Source: a virus
DNA length: 64,000 bases
IMG/VR virus record: IMGVR_UViG_3300033143_002274
Location: 1 to 64,000 of that record
Direction: 5' to 3' (one strand)
Positions 27,299 to 37,690 of this stretch are shown one piece after another (position 1 is the stretch's first letter; the number at the start of each line of letters is the position of its first letter). Under the pieces are notes generated by a model. The model did no database searches. It saw only the letters and a list, made by a program, of their open reading frames with translations, and was not told the origin of the DNA. Made by a program: the position numbers and the translations under genes.

Positions 27299-28315
27299 TT
27301 ATAGTATCTCCTGATAAAGTTCTTCTAATAGATCTTTGTTAATAGATTCATTGTCGGTCATTCCCTTAATATGAGTGACCACTGCTTCATCAATAGACAT
27401 AAGATGATTGATGTCTGTGACTTCAGCAATTACCTTATTGTCAGTTTTTGGTTTGTAAACCAATTTGTTGGTTCTGAAATCGTTGTCTTCCAGTATAGCA
27501 GATATCGTATCCAAAGTTTCACGTGATACGTCATCTTCCACTACGACTCTGACAGTGACATCATTCAAGTCGAATTGTGACCAATCTGTTTCAAGTATTT
27601 CTGCTGGGGTTAATGTCAGCACATGAACCTTTTCATAATTGACGAATTCATACTTACCAGTGTCTGTATCAAATACACAGAACCCTTTGTTGGGGTCGTT
27701 ATCATCATTGAAGTCGAACGGCAGTGGATTACCAATGTACACAACATTATCAGTGAATTGTCTTCCATGATAGTGACCAGAAAAAACAACATCTAAATGT
27801 TTGAGTTCCCTGTGAGACTGACCACTTTCCATAATGTAATGATCATTCAATTGAAAATTAGAGAATTCAAAATGACCCATCATGTACTTAACTTTCTTTT
27901 CTTTGGATATTTTGATAATGTCATCGTATTCTTCTGGGGTGCATAACCATGACACCAGCATCACATCACCAATAATTTTATAATAATCAACAACTTCTGT
28001 GACATATGGTTTGAACATATGTGTGGAGCAGACATCACGATTGTCTCTGAAATAGATATCATGATTACCCTTCAACATATAAGTTGATTCGAAGGTGTTG
28101 GTAATCCTTGAAACAGTTTCATTTGCATATTCGATGGTATTAAGATCGAGTTTCGCCCTGTTGTGAAAGAAATCACCCAGATGAACGAATGTCGATATTT
28201 CATTTTCTTCAGCGTAATTACACATCCAATCAGTGAAATCCACTAAGTCTTGGTTGTGTATAACTGAATCACCAGCATTACCATGATGCCAATCAGTTGA
28301 TAGGATCATCTTCAT
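27299..28315 (-). CDS. gp47: recombination endonuclease nuclease subunit (gp47/Mre11-like)
   Basis: DWH, GDFFH, GNHD, GH, SGHYH metallophosphoesterase motifs. Confidence 0.95.
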   Translation of the reverse strand: MKMILSTDWHHGNAGDSVIHNQDLVDFTDWMCNYAEENEISTFVHLGDFFHNRAKLDLNTIEYANETVSRITNTFESTYMLKGNHDIYFRDNRDVCSTHMFKPYVTEVVDYYKIIGDVMLVSWLCTPEEYDDIIKISKEKKVKYMMGHFEFSNFQLNDHYIMESGQSHRELKHLDVVFSGHYHGRQFTDNVVYIGNPLPFDFNDDNDPNKGFCVFDTDTGKYEFVNYEKVHVLTLTPAEILETDWSQFDLNDVTVRVVVEDDVSRETLDTISAILEDNDFRTNKLVYKPKTDNKVIAEVTDINHLMSIDEAVVTHIKGMTDNESINKDLLEELYQEIL

Positions 28316-28358
28316 ATGTCATTCCTCTTAAATTTAACTTGTTACTATATCACATGTT

Positions 28359-28784
28359 TCAATCTAAATCATCATTATTGCTGTGTTTGTCTGTGAAAGT
28401 GTACGATGGATTGTACAAATTATCAATCAATAATCTGTCACGTATTTCTTGTTGACGTTTTTCTTTGTTCAAGATTTGGATGAATGAATTGTGAATGACT
28501 GAGGTATAGTAAGCAAATGGATTCTCACTTTTGGCAGAATCGAATTTATGTAATGCGCCAACACAGGCAACGATGCCACTGTTGATCATTTCACTCTTGT
28601 AACTATACCCAGAGAAATTAGGTTTGGATGCGTATCGTGTGGCAAGTATCATGAACATTCGTCCCAGTTTGTCTGATACTCTATTTTTTTTCTGGCAGTA
28701 TATCAGTTCTGCAAACATTTCCTTGTTGCTCAAATATCCTTCTTCTTTCGTTTTTTTTGTTCTTCTTGTTTTCTTATCTGTCAT
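28359..28784 (-). CDS. gp55: late-transcription sigma factor (gp55-like)
   Basis: YLSNKE, LA......NFSGYSY, FD..KS.NPFAYYT....NSF. Confidence 0.92.
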   Translation of the reverse strand: MTDKKTRRTKKTKEEGYLSNKEMFAELIYCQKKNRVSDKLGRMFMILATRYASKPNFSGYSYKSEMINSGIVACVGALHKFDSAKSENPFAYYTSVIHNSFIQILNKEKRQQEIRDRLLIDNLYNPSYTFTDKHSNNDDLD

Positions 28785-28860
28785 TTTTACCCCTTGTGAC
28801 CTATGTAGAGATCATCTTAGCACACTGAGATAAATAAGTATACATAAACAGGAAATAATT

Positions 28861-29085
28861 ATGAAAAAATATACAAATATCACAAATGCAATGGTATGTG
28901 TTGAATTCGAAGGAGTTGCACAATTTTTACGCAGGGGTCAATCGGTTACTAATGATTTGAAAGTAATCAAACTACCAAAGAGTGTTCTGGTAGAAGATTT
29001 AACCCCAACTAAGGTCATTAAAACTAAGACTGCGGTTAAGAAAACCACTGAAACCAAACCAAAAAGCATCAAAAAAGCAAAGTAG
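28861..29085 (+). CDS. small Lys/Thr-rich late protein
   Basis: ORF with AGGA SD after TAAATA. Confidence 0.7.
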   Translation: MKKYTNITNAMVCVEFEGVAQFLRRGQSVTNDLKVIKLPKSVLVEDLTPTKVIKTKTAVKKTTETKPKSIKKAK

Positions 29086-29152
29086 CATAATATTTTAGGA
29101 AATTTCCTAAATAAGATTATAAGAGAATAATATTATTTAGGAGATATTAATA

Positions 29153-30625
29153 ATGACATACCCTATATCGGCAGGGGTTTACCCACGTGAAGTTGATCAG
29201 AGTTTTATAGTACCAGCAGTAGCAAATAGCATTGGTGGTATAGTGATTTCGTCTGACAAAGGTAATACGGGCGAACTTAACCTTGTAACAAGTAACAAAG
29301 AATTTTTGGACACTTATGGTGATCCAGTTCCAGACAATCCATCAATGTATGCTGCTTTAGCATTCTTAGAGAAAGGCAATCGTTTATTAGTTGCACGTGC
29401 AATCAATGATGCGATAGTTGCTACCTCACCAGTATTAGACACTGATGGTACACCAACACTTGCATTCACAGTAAACGCGAAGAACGAAGGACTTTGGGGT
29501 AACAGTTTAACTGTTACAACTTCTGCTTCTGTCAACGACATTTTTACTCTGACTATTTTATTAGACGCAGTTATAGTTGAAACTTTTGAAGTGACTCGTA
29601 ATCCATTAGCAAAAAATGGTTTCGGACAAAGTATCTTCATCGAAGACGTAATTGACAAAAACTCAATATATGTTTCTGTTGTTGATAATGCTGCTAACCC
29701 ATACACTGTTGCCGATGTTGCTACAGTAACCGCACAAGCATTTACTGCTGGTGCTGATGATACTCTTGCACCAGATGATACAGATATCAATGCTGAGTGG
29801 GATCGCTTCGCAGTCAAAGAAGACGTTGAAGTAAGTCTGTTAATTAATGGTGGTTGGGCAACAATTGCTGTCCATGCAAAAATGATTGCAATAGCAGAAG
29901 CACGTAAAGATTGTTTTGCAATTCTTGATTTTCTTGAAGCTGACGATACCGTTGCTGAAATGGTTACTTATACTGGTACTACTTTAAATGCGAACACTTC
30001 ATACGCTGCAATCTATGCAGGTTGGGTTTACATTTATGACCAATACAATGACAAATATTTATATGTTCCACCTTCAGGTTATGTCGCAGGTGTATACGCT
30101 AATACTGCAAACGTAAGCGAAGTATGGTATGCACCAGCAGGTGTAAGACGTGGCGTGATGAATGTACTGGGGGTTCAAACAGTATGGTCAGAAGGTGACA
30201 GAGACACTTTATACACTGCCAAAATTAACCCAATCCAGAATTTCACCGGAGAAGGTATTCAAGTATATGGTCAGAAGACACTTCAGACTGCTGCATCTGC
30301 ATTAGATCGTGTAAACGTTCGTATGCTTATGATAACAATTGAAAAAGCACTTGAAAAAGCATTACGTCCATTTGTGTTCGAATTTAACGATACGTTCACC
30401 AGAGACAATATTGCTTCTATCATCAATTCTTATATGGAAGACATCAAAGTAAGACGTGGTGTTTATGATTACTTGGCAGTTGTGGATGAAACCAATAACA
30501 CTGCAATAGTCATTGACCAAAATAAATTGATTGTTGATTTGTATGTTAAGCCAACACGAGTAGCGGAATTCATTCAGATGAATGCTGTTATTACTGCAAC
30601 TGGCGCAAGTTTTACAACGTCATAA
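29153..30625 (+). CDS. gp18: tail sheath protein (gp18-like)
   Basis: SAGVY.RE.D, WYAPAG..RG, GQKTLQ...SALDRVNVR, FEFND. Confidence 0.97.
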   Translation: MTYPISAGVYPREVDQSFIVPAVANSIGGIVISSDKGNTGELNLVTSNKEFLDTYGDPVPDNPSMYAALAFLEKGNRLLVARAINDAIVATSPVLDTDGTPTLAFTVNAKNEGLWGNSLTVTTSASVNDIFTLTILLDAVIVETFEVTRNPLAKNGFGQSIFIEDVIDKNSIYVSVVDNAANPYTVADVATVTAQAFTAGADDTLAPDDTDINAEWDRFAVKEDVEVSLLINGGWATIAVHAKMIAIAEARKDCFAILDFLEADDTVAEMVTYTGTTLNANTSYAAIYAGWVYIYDQYNDKYLYVPPSGYVAGVYANTANVSEVWYAPAGVRRGVMNVLGVQTVWSEGDRDTLYTAKINPIQNFTGEGIQVYGQKTLQTAASALDRVNVRMLMITIEKALEKALRPFVFEFNDTFTRDNIASIINSYMEDIKVRRGVYDYLAVVDETNNTAIVIDQNKLIVDLYVKPTRVAEFIQMNAVITATGASFTTS

Positions 30626-30643
30626 GATTAGGAGAAATATAAA

Positions 30644-31144
30644 ATGGCAAATATACAAGATATCCGCGCAATCAATACTCCACAAAAATCATATTTGTGG
30701 GAAGTTGATGTACAGGGTTTATCTACGGGTGGTGTTCAAAATATGTCTTTCTTTGCAAAGACTATTTCTATACCTCAAATTGCGGTAGAGCAAATCATAA
30801 TCAACTACAAAGGGTTAAAGACTCACCACGCTGGTCGTGATGCATCTGGTCATACTGTGACTATCTCTTTCTGGGATGATGAAGCACAGACCATTCATAA
30901 GTTTTTTGATGATTGGTTTAACCTAGTTCTTAATCAAGAAAATGGTGCAAGTGCTGGACGTGATATATACTCTGCTGATTTGGTAATCCGGTTGATGGAT
31001 TCTGCTGATGAAAATATTACAAGTACTATCAAGTTAACAAAAGTATTTCCAACCGATATGGCTGAAATTGCTTTAAGTTATGATAGTTCAGAACCAGTTG
31101 AACACAGTATCACATTATCATTTGATGCTAAAATAATCGAGTAA
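30644..31144 (+). CDS. gp19: tail tube protein (gp19-like)
   Basis: Follows the sheath; tube-fold pattern (SIP, TISFWDDE, VFP, LSYD). Confidence 0.9.
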   Translation: MANIQDIRAINTPQKSYLWEVDVQGLSTGGVQNMSFFAKTISIPQIAVEQIIINYKGLKTHHAGRDASGHTVTISFWDDEAQTIHKFFDDWFNLVLNQENGASAGRDIYSADLVIRLMDSADENITSTIKLTKVFPTDMAEIALSYDSSEPVEHSITLSFDAKIIE

Positions 31145-31215
31145 CAACATCCTTACAATGTAGGATATATTTGGGGAACAGCAATGTTCCCCTTTTTTTA
31201 TGGATAAATATAGTT

Positions 31216-31782
31216 ATGGGTTTCGACATACAAAATATCAGAGAAAAAGCACACAAGTTACGTGGACTGAGGGATGCAGTTGGAAGCGCATTGTCTGGTG
31301 CAGTCAGTGACTTCTTACCAAAAAATCCACAGAAAAGTTATCTGTGGGATATTTCTATAGTGGGTAATCAAACTGACATACAAACATTTGCCAAATCAGT
31401 TTCTATACCACAATCTTCAATTGATCCTATTTTAATGAGTTACATGGGTGAGAAAGTTTTTTACGCAGGGAAGGAATCATCACCAAAAACAATCACCATT
31501 ACATTCTGGGATGATGAACGTACAACCATATTGAACTATCTTGATAATTGGTTCACAGAAGTTCATGAAAATAAAACAGGTCATATGTTGTCTGAGAGTG
31601 GATATAGAAGAACCATAAGGTTAAATTTAACAGACAGTACCGATTTATCAAACACATCCATAACAACGTTGTCTGGGGCATTCATTATAGACATAGCAGA
31701 AACACCATTATCTTATGAGAATTCTGATGCGGTTGAAGTGACTGCAACGTTCCAATACGAATTAAAGGAAATAGATGTATGA
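31216..31782 (+). CDS. tail tube paralog (tube initiator/junction)
   Basis: PQKSYLW, FAKSVSIPQ, ITFWDDE shared with gp19; start 5 nt after ATAAATA. Confidence 0.8.
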   Translation: MGFDIQNIREKAHKLRGLRDAVGSALSGAVSDFLPKNPQKSYLWDISIVGNQTDIQTFAKSVSIPQSSIDPILMSYMGEKVFYAGKESSPKTITITFWDDERTTILNYLDNWFTEVHENKTGHMLSESGYRRTIRLNLTDSTDLSNTSITTLSGAFIIDIAETPLSYENSDAVEVTATFQYELKEIDV

Positions 31783-32474
31783 CATATAATATAGCAGATG
31801 TCATAACACAAAAACAATCTGAATCACCAATGCGTAGTTACTTGTGGCGAGTGCTATTACCCGATCTTACTGTTGGGTTACAAAACTCAGGTGCGGTATA
31901 TGGTGATGGTGTTCGTGATGCCGAGATATTATTTGCTACTACCTCTAATATTAATCAAGATTTGAGTACACGTGTAACAAACATAACAATACCATTCAGC
32001 AATATTGAAACTGACAAGGCCATAAAAGGAAACTCCTTTTGGTATTATGCCAAACAGAATGATATCGGTAATATCAGTTTTGAAATACACGAACATGAAG
32101 ATGGCAAAACATTACAGTACTTTGAAGCATGGCAAAACTTAATGGGGAATACTGATGGTACATATAACGCGCCTGTCATATACAAACAGAATGTTAAATT
32201 CTATCGTCTGAGTTCCAACAAGCAAGACATTGTTGTACATACTTATGCTGGGTATTTCGTAAGTGGTATTGCTGATCTAAGTAATGATTATGAATCTAAT
32301 GATATTGTAAAATATGCTATAAACCTAACAGGTGATTCAGTAAAACATGAGACATTTAGTGTTGCAGGACTCAAAACCGTCACAACCAAAGAGAACACAC
32401 TTTTAGATTTGGGTACTATATTGGATGCAGGGAACATTGCACTTGGAACAGGGGAACTAAATTTACCCTTCTAA
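31779..32474 (+). CDS. tail tube-fold protein (gp54/gp48-like)
   Basis: PMRSYLW, tube-like pattern. Confidence 0.7.
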   Translation: MTYNIADVITQKQSESPMRSYLWRVLLPDLTVGLQNSGAVYGDGVRDAEILFATTSNINQDLSTRVTNITIPFSNIETDKAIKGNSFWYYAKQNDIGNISFEIHEHEDGKTLQYFEAWQNLMGNTDGTYNAPVIYKQNVKFYRLSSNKQDIVVHTYAGYFVSGIADLSNDYESNDIVKYAINLTGDSVKHETFSVAGLKTVTTKENTLLDLGTILDAGNIALGTGELNLPF

Positions 32475-32507
32475 ATAACAACATAAATAAGAATAAAGGG
32501 GAATCAA

Positions 32508-33341
32508 ATGTTTGAAGAAGAAAACCAAGACGAAGTTACCAAAAAAGAAAAACCAAAAAAGAAAGCATCAAAACCAAAAGAAGATCTGAGTGTGAAGTAT
32601 TACTCTGTGGATCTTCCATCTAAAGGTATGCTTGATTATCCAGAAGAAGTTGAATACAGGGACATCCTTGTACGTGATGAAAAAATCTTATCTGCTGCCA
32701 CTTCAGTAAATTTTCAATCTATAATTAACAAAGTACTGAAATCATTATTAAAAGACGATGAAGTGTTTGACCAACTTACGATCTATGATCGTGATTACCT
32801 TATGTTGTGGGTATGGGCAAACAACTATACAACCACCAAAGATTTCGATGTAACATGTGATTACTGTACGAATGTAGATCATATTACAGTTGATGTTACC
32901 AAAACTGATATTACAGAATTATCTGACGAATATGAAAATCCATTTGAATATACATTAAGTAATGGTTCGGCAGTGAACCTAAGACTGCTCACTGTTAAAG
33001 ATGAAGAAATTGCAGAAAATTTTACTAAAAAGAATAAAAAAGATTCAGTGGAATCCGTCTTATTCGCCATGAGTATTGACATAGGCAAAGTAATGATGCT
33101 CCCCCAAAAGTTGAAATGGATCGAAGATAACATCAACGGACATGACATGGGGATGATCAGGGGATTCCAAGAGTATTTCAAATATGGTATTGATGATAAA
33201 GTTGAACATACCTGTACATCGTGCGGTGAGGTCACGACTCACACTATACCCTTTTCTCTCGAATTCTTTATGCCAACCTTACGAAACGATTTTGCGAAAA
33301 TGCTTCGAACTAACAAGCGGTCTAAGCATAAGTCCACTTGA
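32508..33341 (+). CDS. baseplate hub assembly/tail chaperone (gp26-like)
   Basis: LPSKG, EKIL, D..YL, two CxxC, LRLLT..DE, ends FF.P. Confidence 0.85.
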   Translation: MFEEENQDEVTKKEKPKKKASKPKEDLSVKYYSVDLPSKGMLDYPEEVEYRDILVRDEKILSAATSVNFQSIINKVLKSLLKDDEVFDQLTIYDRDYLMLWVWANNYTTTKDFDVTCDYCTNVDHITVDVTKTDITELSDEYENPFEYTLSNGSAVNLRLLTVKDEEIAENFTKKNKKDSVESVLFAMSIDIGKVMMLPQKLKWIEDNINGHDMGMIRGFQEYFKYGIDDKVEHTCTSCGEVTTHTIPFSLEFFMPTLRNDFAKMLRTNKRSKHKST

Positions 33342-33435
33342 TGTAGACTTGATGACAGTCACAGAGGTAAGATATTACCTTAAGTGGTTGAATGAAAAAA
33401 TAAAACGTGAGAACGATGCTATTCGTAATTCGTAA
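33274..33435 (+). CDS. small baseplate/tail chaperone extension in the +1 frame
   Basis: YETIL..CF.L......S..D.D.M...E..YY...L resembles the small ORF that follows gp26-like genes; no clear start of its own. Confidence 0.55.
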   Translation, partial: QPYETILRKCFELTSGLSISPLDVDLMTVTEVRYYLKWLNEKIKRENDAIRNS

Positions 33436-33477
33436 TTGTATAAATACCATATATAAATTACAAATTAAGGATAGCAT

Positions 33478-34422
33478 ATGTTTGATCACCAAGCAGTAGT
33501 AGAAGAAGCATACAACTTACTGACAAATAACAGTATTTTAACTGAAGCACAAGATATTTTTAAAGGATACGTCTACAAGGACAAATCACGTTTAGCTGGT
33601 GGTCGTTTAAAAAGAAACATTTTTGATTTCAGGAAACATCTTACGAGTACGATTGACAAGTTACAACCACTCTTTATTGTGGGGTACAACCTTGAAGACA
33701 GTCACTTATTCTATGAAATTTGGTATCTTCCATTTGACGGTGAATACATTATCGTAGACAAATTTGGCAAGCGTACTACCAAGTTTAAAAAACATTCAAC
33801 TATAACCAAAGCAGTAGATGAACTTGTGGATATGATTAGTACAATCGACCCAGAAGATCTGTACGACCTTGATGAATTAGAACTTGACGTTGATGATTTG
33901 GAAGACGAATTGGATGACGCGAAAAAACGTGTGGAATTCAAAAAACTTGAGAAAGAATTTGGTAAAGCATCACGTGGTGCTATCAAGCAGTTCGAATGCA
34001 AATCTTATGAAGAAATCGAAACACTACTTGAACAAAATATAACCTCACGTGGGTTACTTGCAGATTTGATTAATGCCAGTGTTGTTGAATACAAAGAAAC
34101 CAGAATGAATCGTAATAAGATTAATTCTGCATGGAAGTTCTTATTGGGGCGAGACATTACATACCCAACCAAATATCTTGGTGGTGGAATCAAAAACGCA
34201 GTACTCAAATTGATAGGCAAAGATCGTGAAGCATCATTTGTTGTAGGATACTCATTAGCTGATAAACTCAACTTCGAAATCTGGTTTGTCAAATCAATTA
34301 ATTCTGGTAAAGGTAGCTTCTATGTATTTGATATCACATCAGCTAAAGTTTTAGCCAAAAATCTACCCAATATGCGTCAGGCATATGCACACATTGCAAA
34401 GAAAATTACAACTAAGGTCTAA
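33478..34422 (+). CDS. hypothetical virion protein with internal duplication
   Basis: F.VGY.L.D....EIW occurs twice; LTEA near the N-terminus. Confidence 0.75.
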   Translation: MFDHQAVVEEAYNLLTNNSILTEAQDIFKGYVYKDKSRLAGGRLKRNIFDFRKHLTSTIDKLQPLFIVGYNLEDSHLFYEIWYLPFDGEYIIVDKFGKRTTKFKKHSTITKAVDELVDMISTIDPEDLYDLDELELDVDDLEDELDDAKKRVEFKKLEKEFGKASRGAIKQFECKSYEEIETLLEQNITSRGLLADLINASVVEYKETRMNRNKINSAWKFLLGRDITYPTKYLGGGIKNAVLKLIGKDREASFVVGYSLADKLNFEIWFVKSINSGKGSFYVFDITSAKVLAKNLPNMRQAYAHIAKKITTKV

Positions 34423-34426
34423 GTAA

Positions 34427-36640
34427 ATGCCTATTGATGAAGATATAAATAAGCAACATCTTAAGGACTTTGTTGGTGAAATTGAGAAGATAAGATTTGA
34501 TATACGTAAGAGTGCGATACTTAACAAAGGTAGCGACAAATACATACGTAACCTTGAAAGGCTAATCAAGACCTCAAAAGAAATCATTGGTGGCACTGCT
34601 TCCAAAAACGCCGATAAAAAGTTTGAAAAATTAGTTCGTGATACCGATCTGTCTTTACGTATGCTTCGTAAAAAGAATCGTAAGGATGAAGAATTCCAAG
34701 AAGAATTTACTAATGTATTTGGTGACATAAAAGAATCACAAGACGCATCTGTTGGTGTGTTCAAGAAGATTAATTCATCACTGAAGAACATGACAAGCAA
34801 TATTGCTCTTATGTCAGAGGCTTCAGCTAAGGACGTTGAAGACACCGGATTAAGTTTCCTTACTGGCGCATTTGGCGCAATAGCAAAAGAAACTGCTGGC
34901 ATAGATAAAGTATCTGATATAGGTGGTAAAATCACTGGTATGTTTGGCAGTGATATTAAAGGTCAGGCACATGATGGCATGACTTCTATACCAAGTGAAG
35001 GTACGTATAACCTTGATGGTGGTGAGCGCGTTCTTGCCCCTGAACAAAATAAAGATTTAAGTTCATTCCTTCAGAACGATGGGGGTGGGGGTGTATCATC
35101 TACCTTCCTTAAAAACATTGAAGAAAATACTGAAATATTATCAAATGGTAAACCAATAGACGTATTCAACAAAGATCATAATCCAGCATATTTTAATTCT
35201 ATTATTGATAATGATGACAGACTCAGTATTGAAAATGAAACTATTGAAAAGAAACGTCATAAAGAAGTTAAGACTAAGTTTGAAATTTTGGGTGATATCC
35301 TCACACGTGTGGGGGATTCATGGTTAACTGATTTTGTTATCGGCATACAGATATGGAGTAAACGGTTTGCGCGTCACCCAATACTATCAACAATGGGATT
35401 GTTGTTAAAAACATTCACTAAGTTCAGTGGTATAGGATTTCTATTAAAGAAACTTGGTGGGTTCTTTTTTGGTAAAAAAGCTAAAACTGATACTGACAGA
35501 ATCGTTCATGCAAATGAAGATATCATAAGTGCTATTAAAGGTGAGGCAGCAGAAGACCGTAGAGGTATTTTTGGGAAAGCGTTTGATGCCATAACGGGAA
35601 TTATTGGAAGAAAAAAAGATCAAGTTAAAGAGAAAGCAATAACTCTTGGTAAATCTGCACTAAAAGATATGGGTGGTATGTTCAGTAAGGGATTGAAGTC
35701 TTCCAAATTTGGTAAAATGTTCAGTGGTATTGGTAAGAAGTTTGATAAGGGTTTCAAAAATCTTAACAAACAGTTACCAAGAAAACGTGATGCCAAAGGA
35801 CGATTTGCTAAACGTGACAAGACTGAAATCTTAATTGAAACAATGAAACGTATGTCTCAAGGCGTATGGGGTATTCTTAAGGTCAATGAAGATGCTGCTG
35901 ATGAAGCTAAGAAAGGCAAAGGTGGTGGTGGTATATTTGGTAAGCTATTAGGTGGTGCAAAAGGTTTTGCTAAATTTGGTAAAAGAATAGTGATGATGAT
36001 TGGACTTGGTTTGATGACCGGACTAAAAGTTTTTGGGGCAAAAATGTTTGCAGTTGTTGGAACAAAAATGTTTGGAATGTTGGGACTTGCATTAGCTGGT
36101 GGTGGTCTGATTGGAACATACTTAATTAACCCATTACTCAACTGGATTGATAGTACTTTCGGCACAAGTATCGTCAGTATGATTGGTGGGTTGATGACTA
36201 AAATTATAGCAGGTCTTGAAAACTTACCTGTGATTGGTGGTCTGATATCAAGTATTACGGGTGGTGCAGCAACCCAAGCATTAGCAGTTAATAAATCTAA
36301 TGCACCATCAGAAAACCAAGTTAGTGGTATGCAAAATGTTGCAGCACGTGTTAAGTCAGGTGAACTCGAAAAAGGGTCTGCTGAAGTACTTGCCTTTTTT
36401 GACCAAATCAAAAAAGGTGATTATCAAATTGTACCTGTTACACAACAAGGTGAAAGCATAATCGACAAAACACAAATTGTAACTCAAAAAATAGAAAAGA
36501 AAATGTCAGAAGCTGCAATGTTCATGAAGCAACAAGCTGCTGCCGTTACAAACAATGTGGTAAATAATACACAACAGGTAATGAAAACATTACCGGCAGT
36601 AAGAGATTTAGATACAGTAGCAGCATCATTCAGAGGATAA
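34427..36640 (+). CDS. tape-measure-like protein
   Basis: Long helical Gly/Lys-rich protein with TM stretches; AHDG...IP.EGTY.L..GERVL motif. Confidence 0.8.
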   Translation: MPIDEDINKQHLKDFVGEIEKIRFDIRKSAILNKGSDKYIRNLERLIKTSKEIIGGTASKNADKKFEKLVRDTDLSLRMLRKKNRKDEEFQEEFTNVFGDIKESQDASVGVFKKINSSLKNMTSNIALMSEASAKDVEDTGLSFLTGAFGAIAKETAGIDKVSDIGGKITGMFGSDIKGQAHDGMTSIPSEGTYNLDGGERVLAPEQNKDLSSFLQNDGGGGVSSTFLKNIEENTEILSNGKPIDVFNKDHNPAYFNSIIDNDDRLSIENETIEKKRHKEVKTKFEILGDILTRVGDSWLTDFVIGIQIWSKRFARHPILSTMGLLLKTFTKFSGIGFLLKKLGGFFFGKKAKTDTDRIVHANEDIISAIKGEAAEDRRGIFGKAFDAITGIIGRKKDQVKEKAITLGKSALKDMGGMFSKGLKSSKFGKMFSGIGKKFDKGFKNLNKQLPRKRDAKGRFAKRDKTEILIETMKRMSQGVWGILKVNEDAADEAKKGKGGGGIFGKLLGGAKGFAKFGKRIVMMIGLGLMTGLKVFGAKMFAVVGTKMFGMLGLALAGGGLIGTYLINPLLNWIDSTFGTSIVSMIGGLMTKIIAGLENLPVIGGLISSITGGAATQALAVNKSNAPSENQVSGMQNVAARVKSGELEKGSAEVLAFFDQIKKGDYQIVPVTQQGESIIDKTQIVTQKIEKKMSEAAMFMKQQAAAVTNNVVNNTQQVMKTLPAVRDLDTVAASFRG

Positions 36641-36641
36641 G

Positions 36642-37343
36642 ATGGCAAAACATTTACATATAAACGAAAACGACCCCAGACAACTTATTCATTTCATAGA
36701 TAATATTCATGGTCTGACTGTTCGGGCAAATATGCCTGAAACAATGACTGTGGGTGTTGCAAGTGATATCGGTTCACCTTTTGCTGGATATGCCAGTGAA
36801 GGTACTGCTGCCAAAGTGTTAGCGTTAACAACGGGCGCATCAAGTAAAATTGGTATCGTAACCAAAAAACTATTCATGGGGGTAGATCAACCTGATATAA
36901 GTGTAGATATAAAATTTGAGGCATATTATTCTGCACTTGATGAAGTAGTAATACCTGCGATAAAACTTATGATGATCGGTACAGCCGAAGAAAAAAGTCT
37001 TGAAGGTGCGGTAAAAGATTTCGCAAAACTAATGGAAGCAGGTGAAACAGCTTTTGCTGATGTATCAGCAAGGATAGTAAGGGCAAAAAGAGTTGATACT
37101 GATAAACTGATTAACTACCTGAAAACACCAGCAGTAATCAAAGTAAAATTTGGTGATATTTTTACAGTACGTAATGCGTTCTTGTCAAGTGTATCTGTTT
37201 CGTTCAGTAATGTACTTGACAGTGACTTTCTTCCTATGGAAGCAACTGTGTCAGTGACAATAACACCACAAGATCCATTTACTAAAAATGAAGTTATCAC
37301 GATGTTCGCCAATCGTATTCAGAAGAAAAAGGCCAAAAAATAA
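36642..37343 (+). CDS. baseplate tube-cap-like protein
   Basis: Position; P.V..VKFG, SVSV, P.EATVSVT. Confidence 0.65.
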   Translation: MAKHLHINENDPRQLIHFIDNIHGLTVRANMPETMTVGVASDIGSPFAGYASEGTAAKVLALTTGASSKIGIVTKKLFMGVDQPDISVDIKFEAYYSALDEVVIPAIKLMMIGTAEEKSLEGAVKDFAKLMEAGETAFADVSARIVRAKRVDTDKLINYLKTPAVIKVKFGDIFTVRNAFLSSVSVSFSNVLDSDFLPMEATVSVTITPQDPFTKNEVITMFANRIQKKKAKK

Positions 37344-37690
37344 TGCTTACTGAAAGAAAAGATTTGTATAGTAAAGTTATGGTTGATGACAACAAAGAAT
37401 TGGATTTACTTGATTCAAAGATACCTAATTTTGAATTTAACAGTTACACAACATTTACTGTGCCACAATTTGCCGAAGGAAGAATCGACATAATATCTTT
37501 TATAAAATACGATAATGTTAATCTGTGGTGGATGATAGCTCAAGCAAATGAAATCATAGACCCATTAACAGAATTATATATGGGGAGAGTGTTACTTATA
37601 CCAGATTTGTCAGAGTACTACACATTTTATAATGCTAATTCTTCGTTAGATGAAATAGAAGAAGTGTTCGACAAAAGAATCATAACTTAA
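37343..37690 (+). CDS. baseplate wedge protein (gp53-like, LysM-type)
   Basis: RID.IS...Y....LWW.IA.AN.I.DP. Confidence 0.85.
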   Translation: MLTERKDLYSKVMVDDNKELDLLDSKIPNFEFNSYTTFTVPQFAEGRIDIISFIKYDNVNLWWMIAQANEIIDPLTELYMGRVLLIPDLSEYYTFYNANSSLDEIEEVFDKRIIT

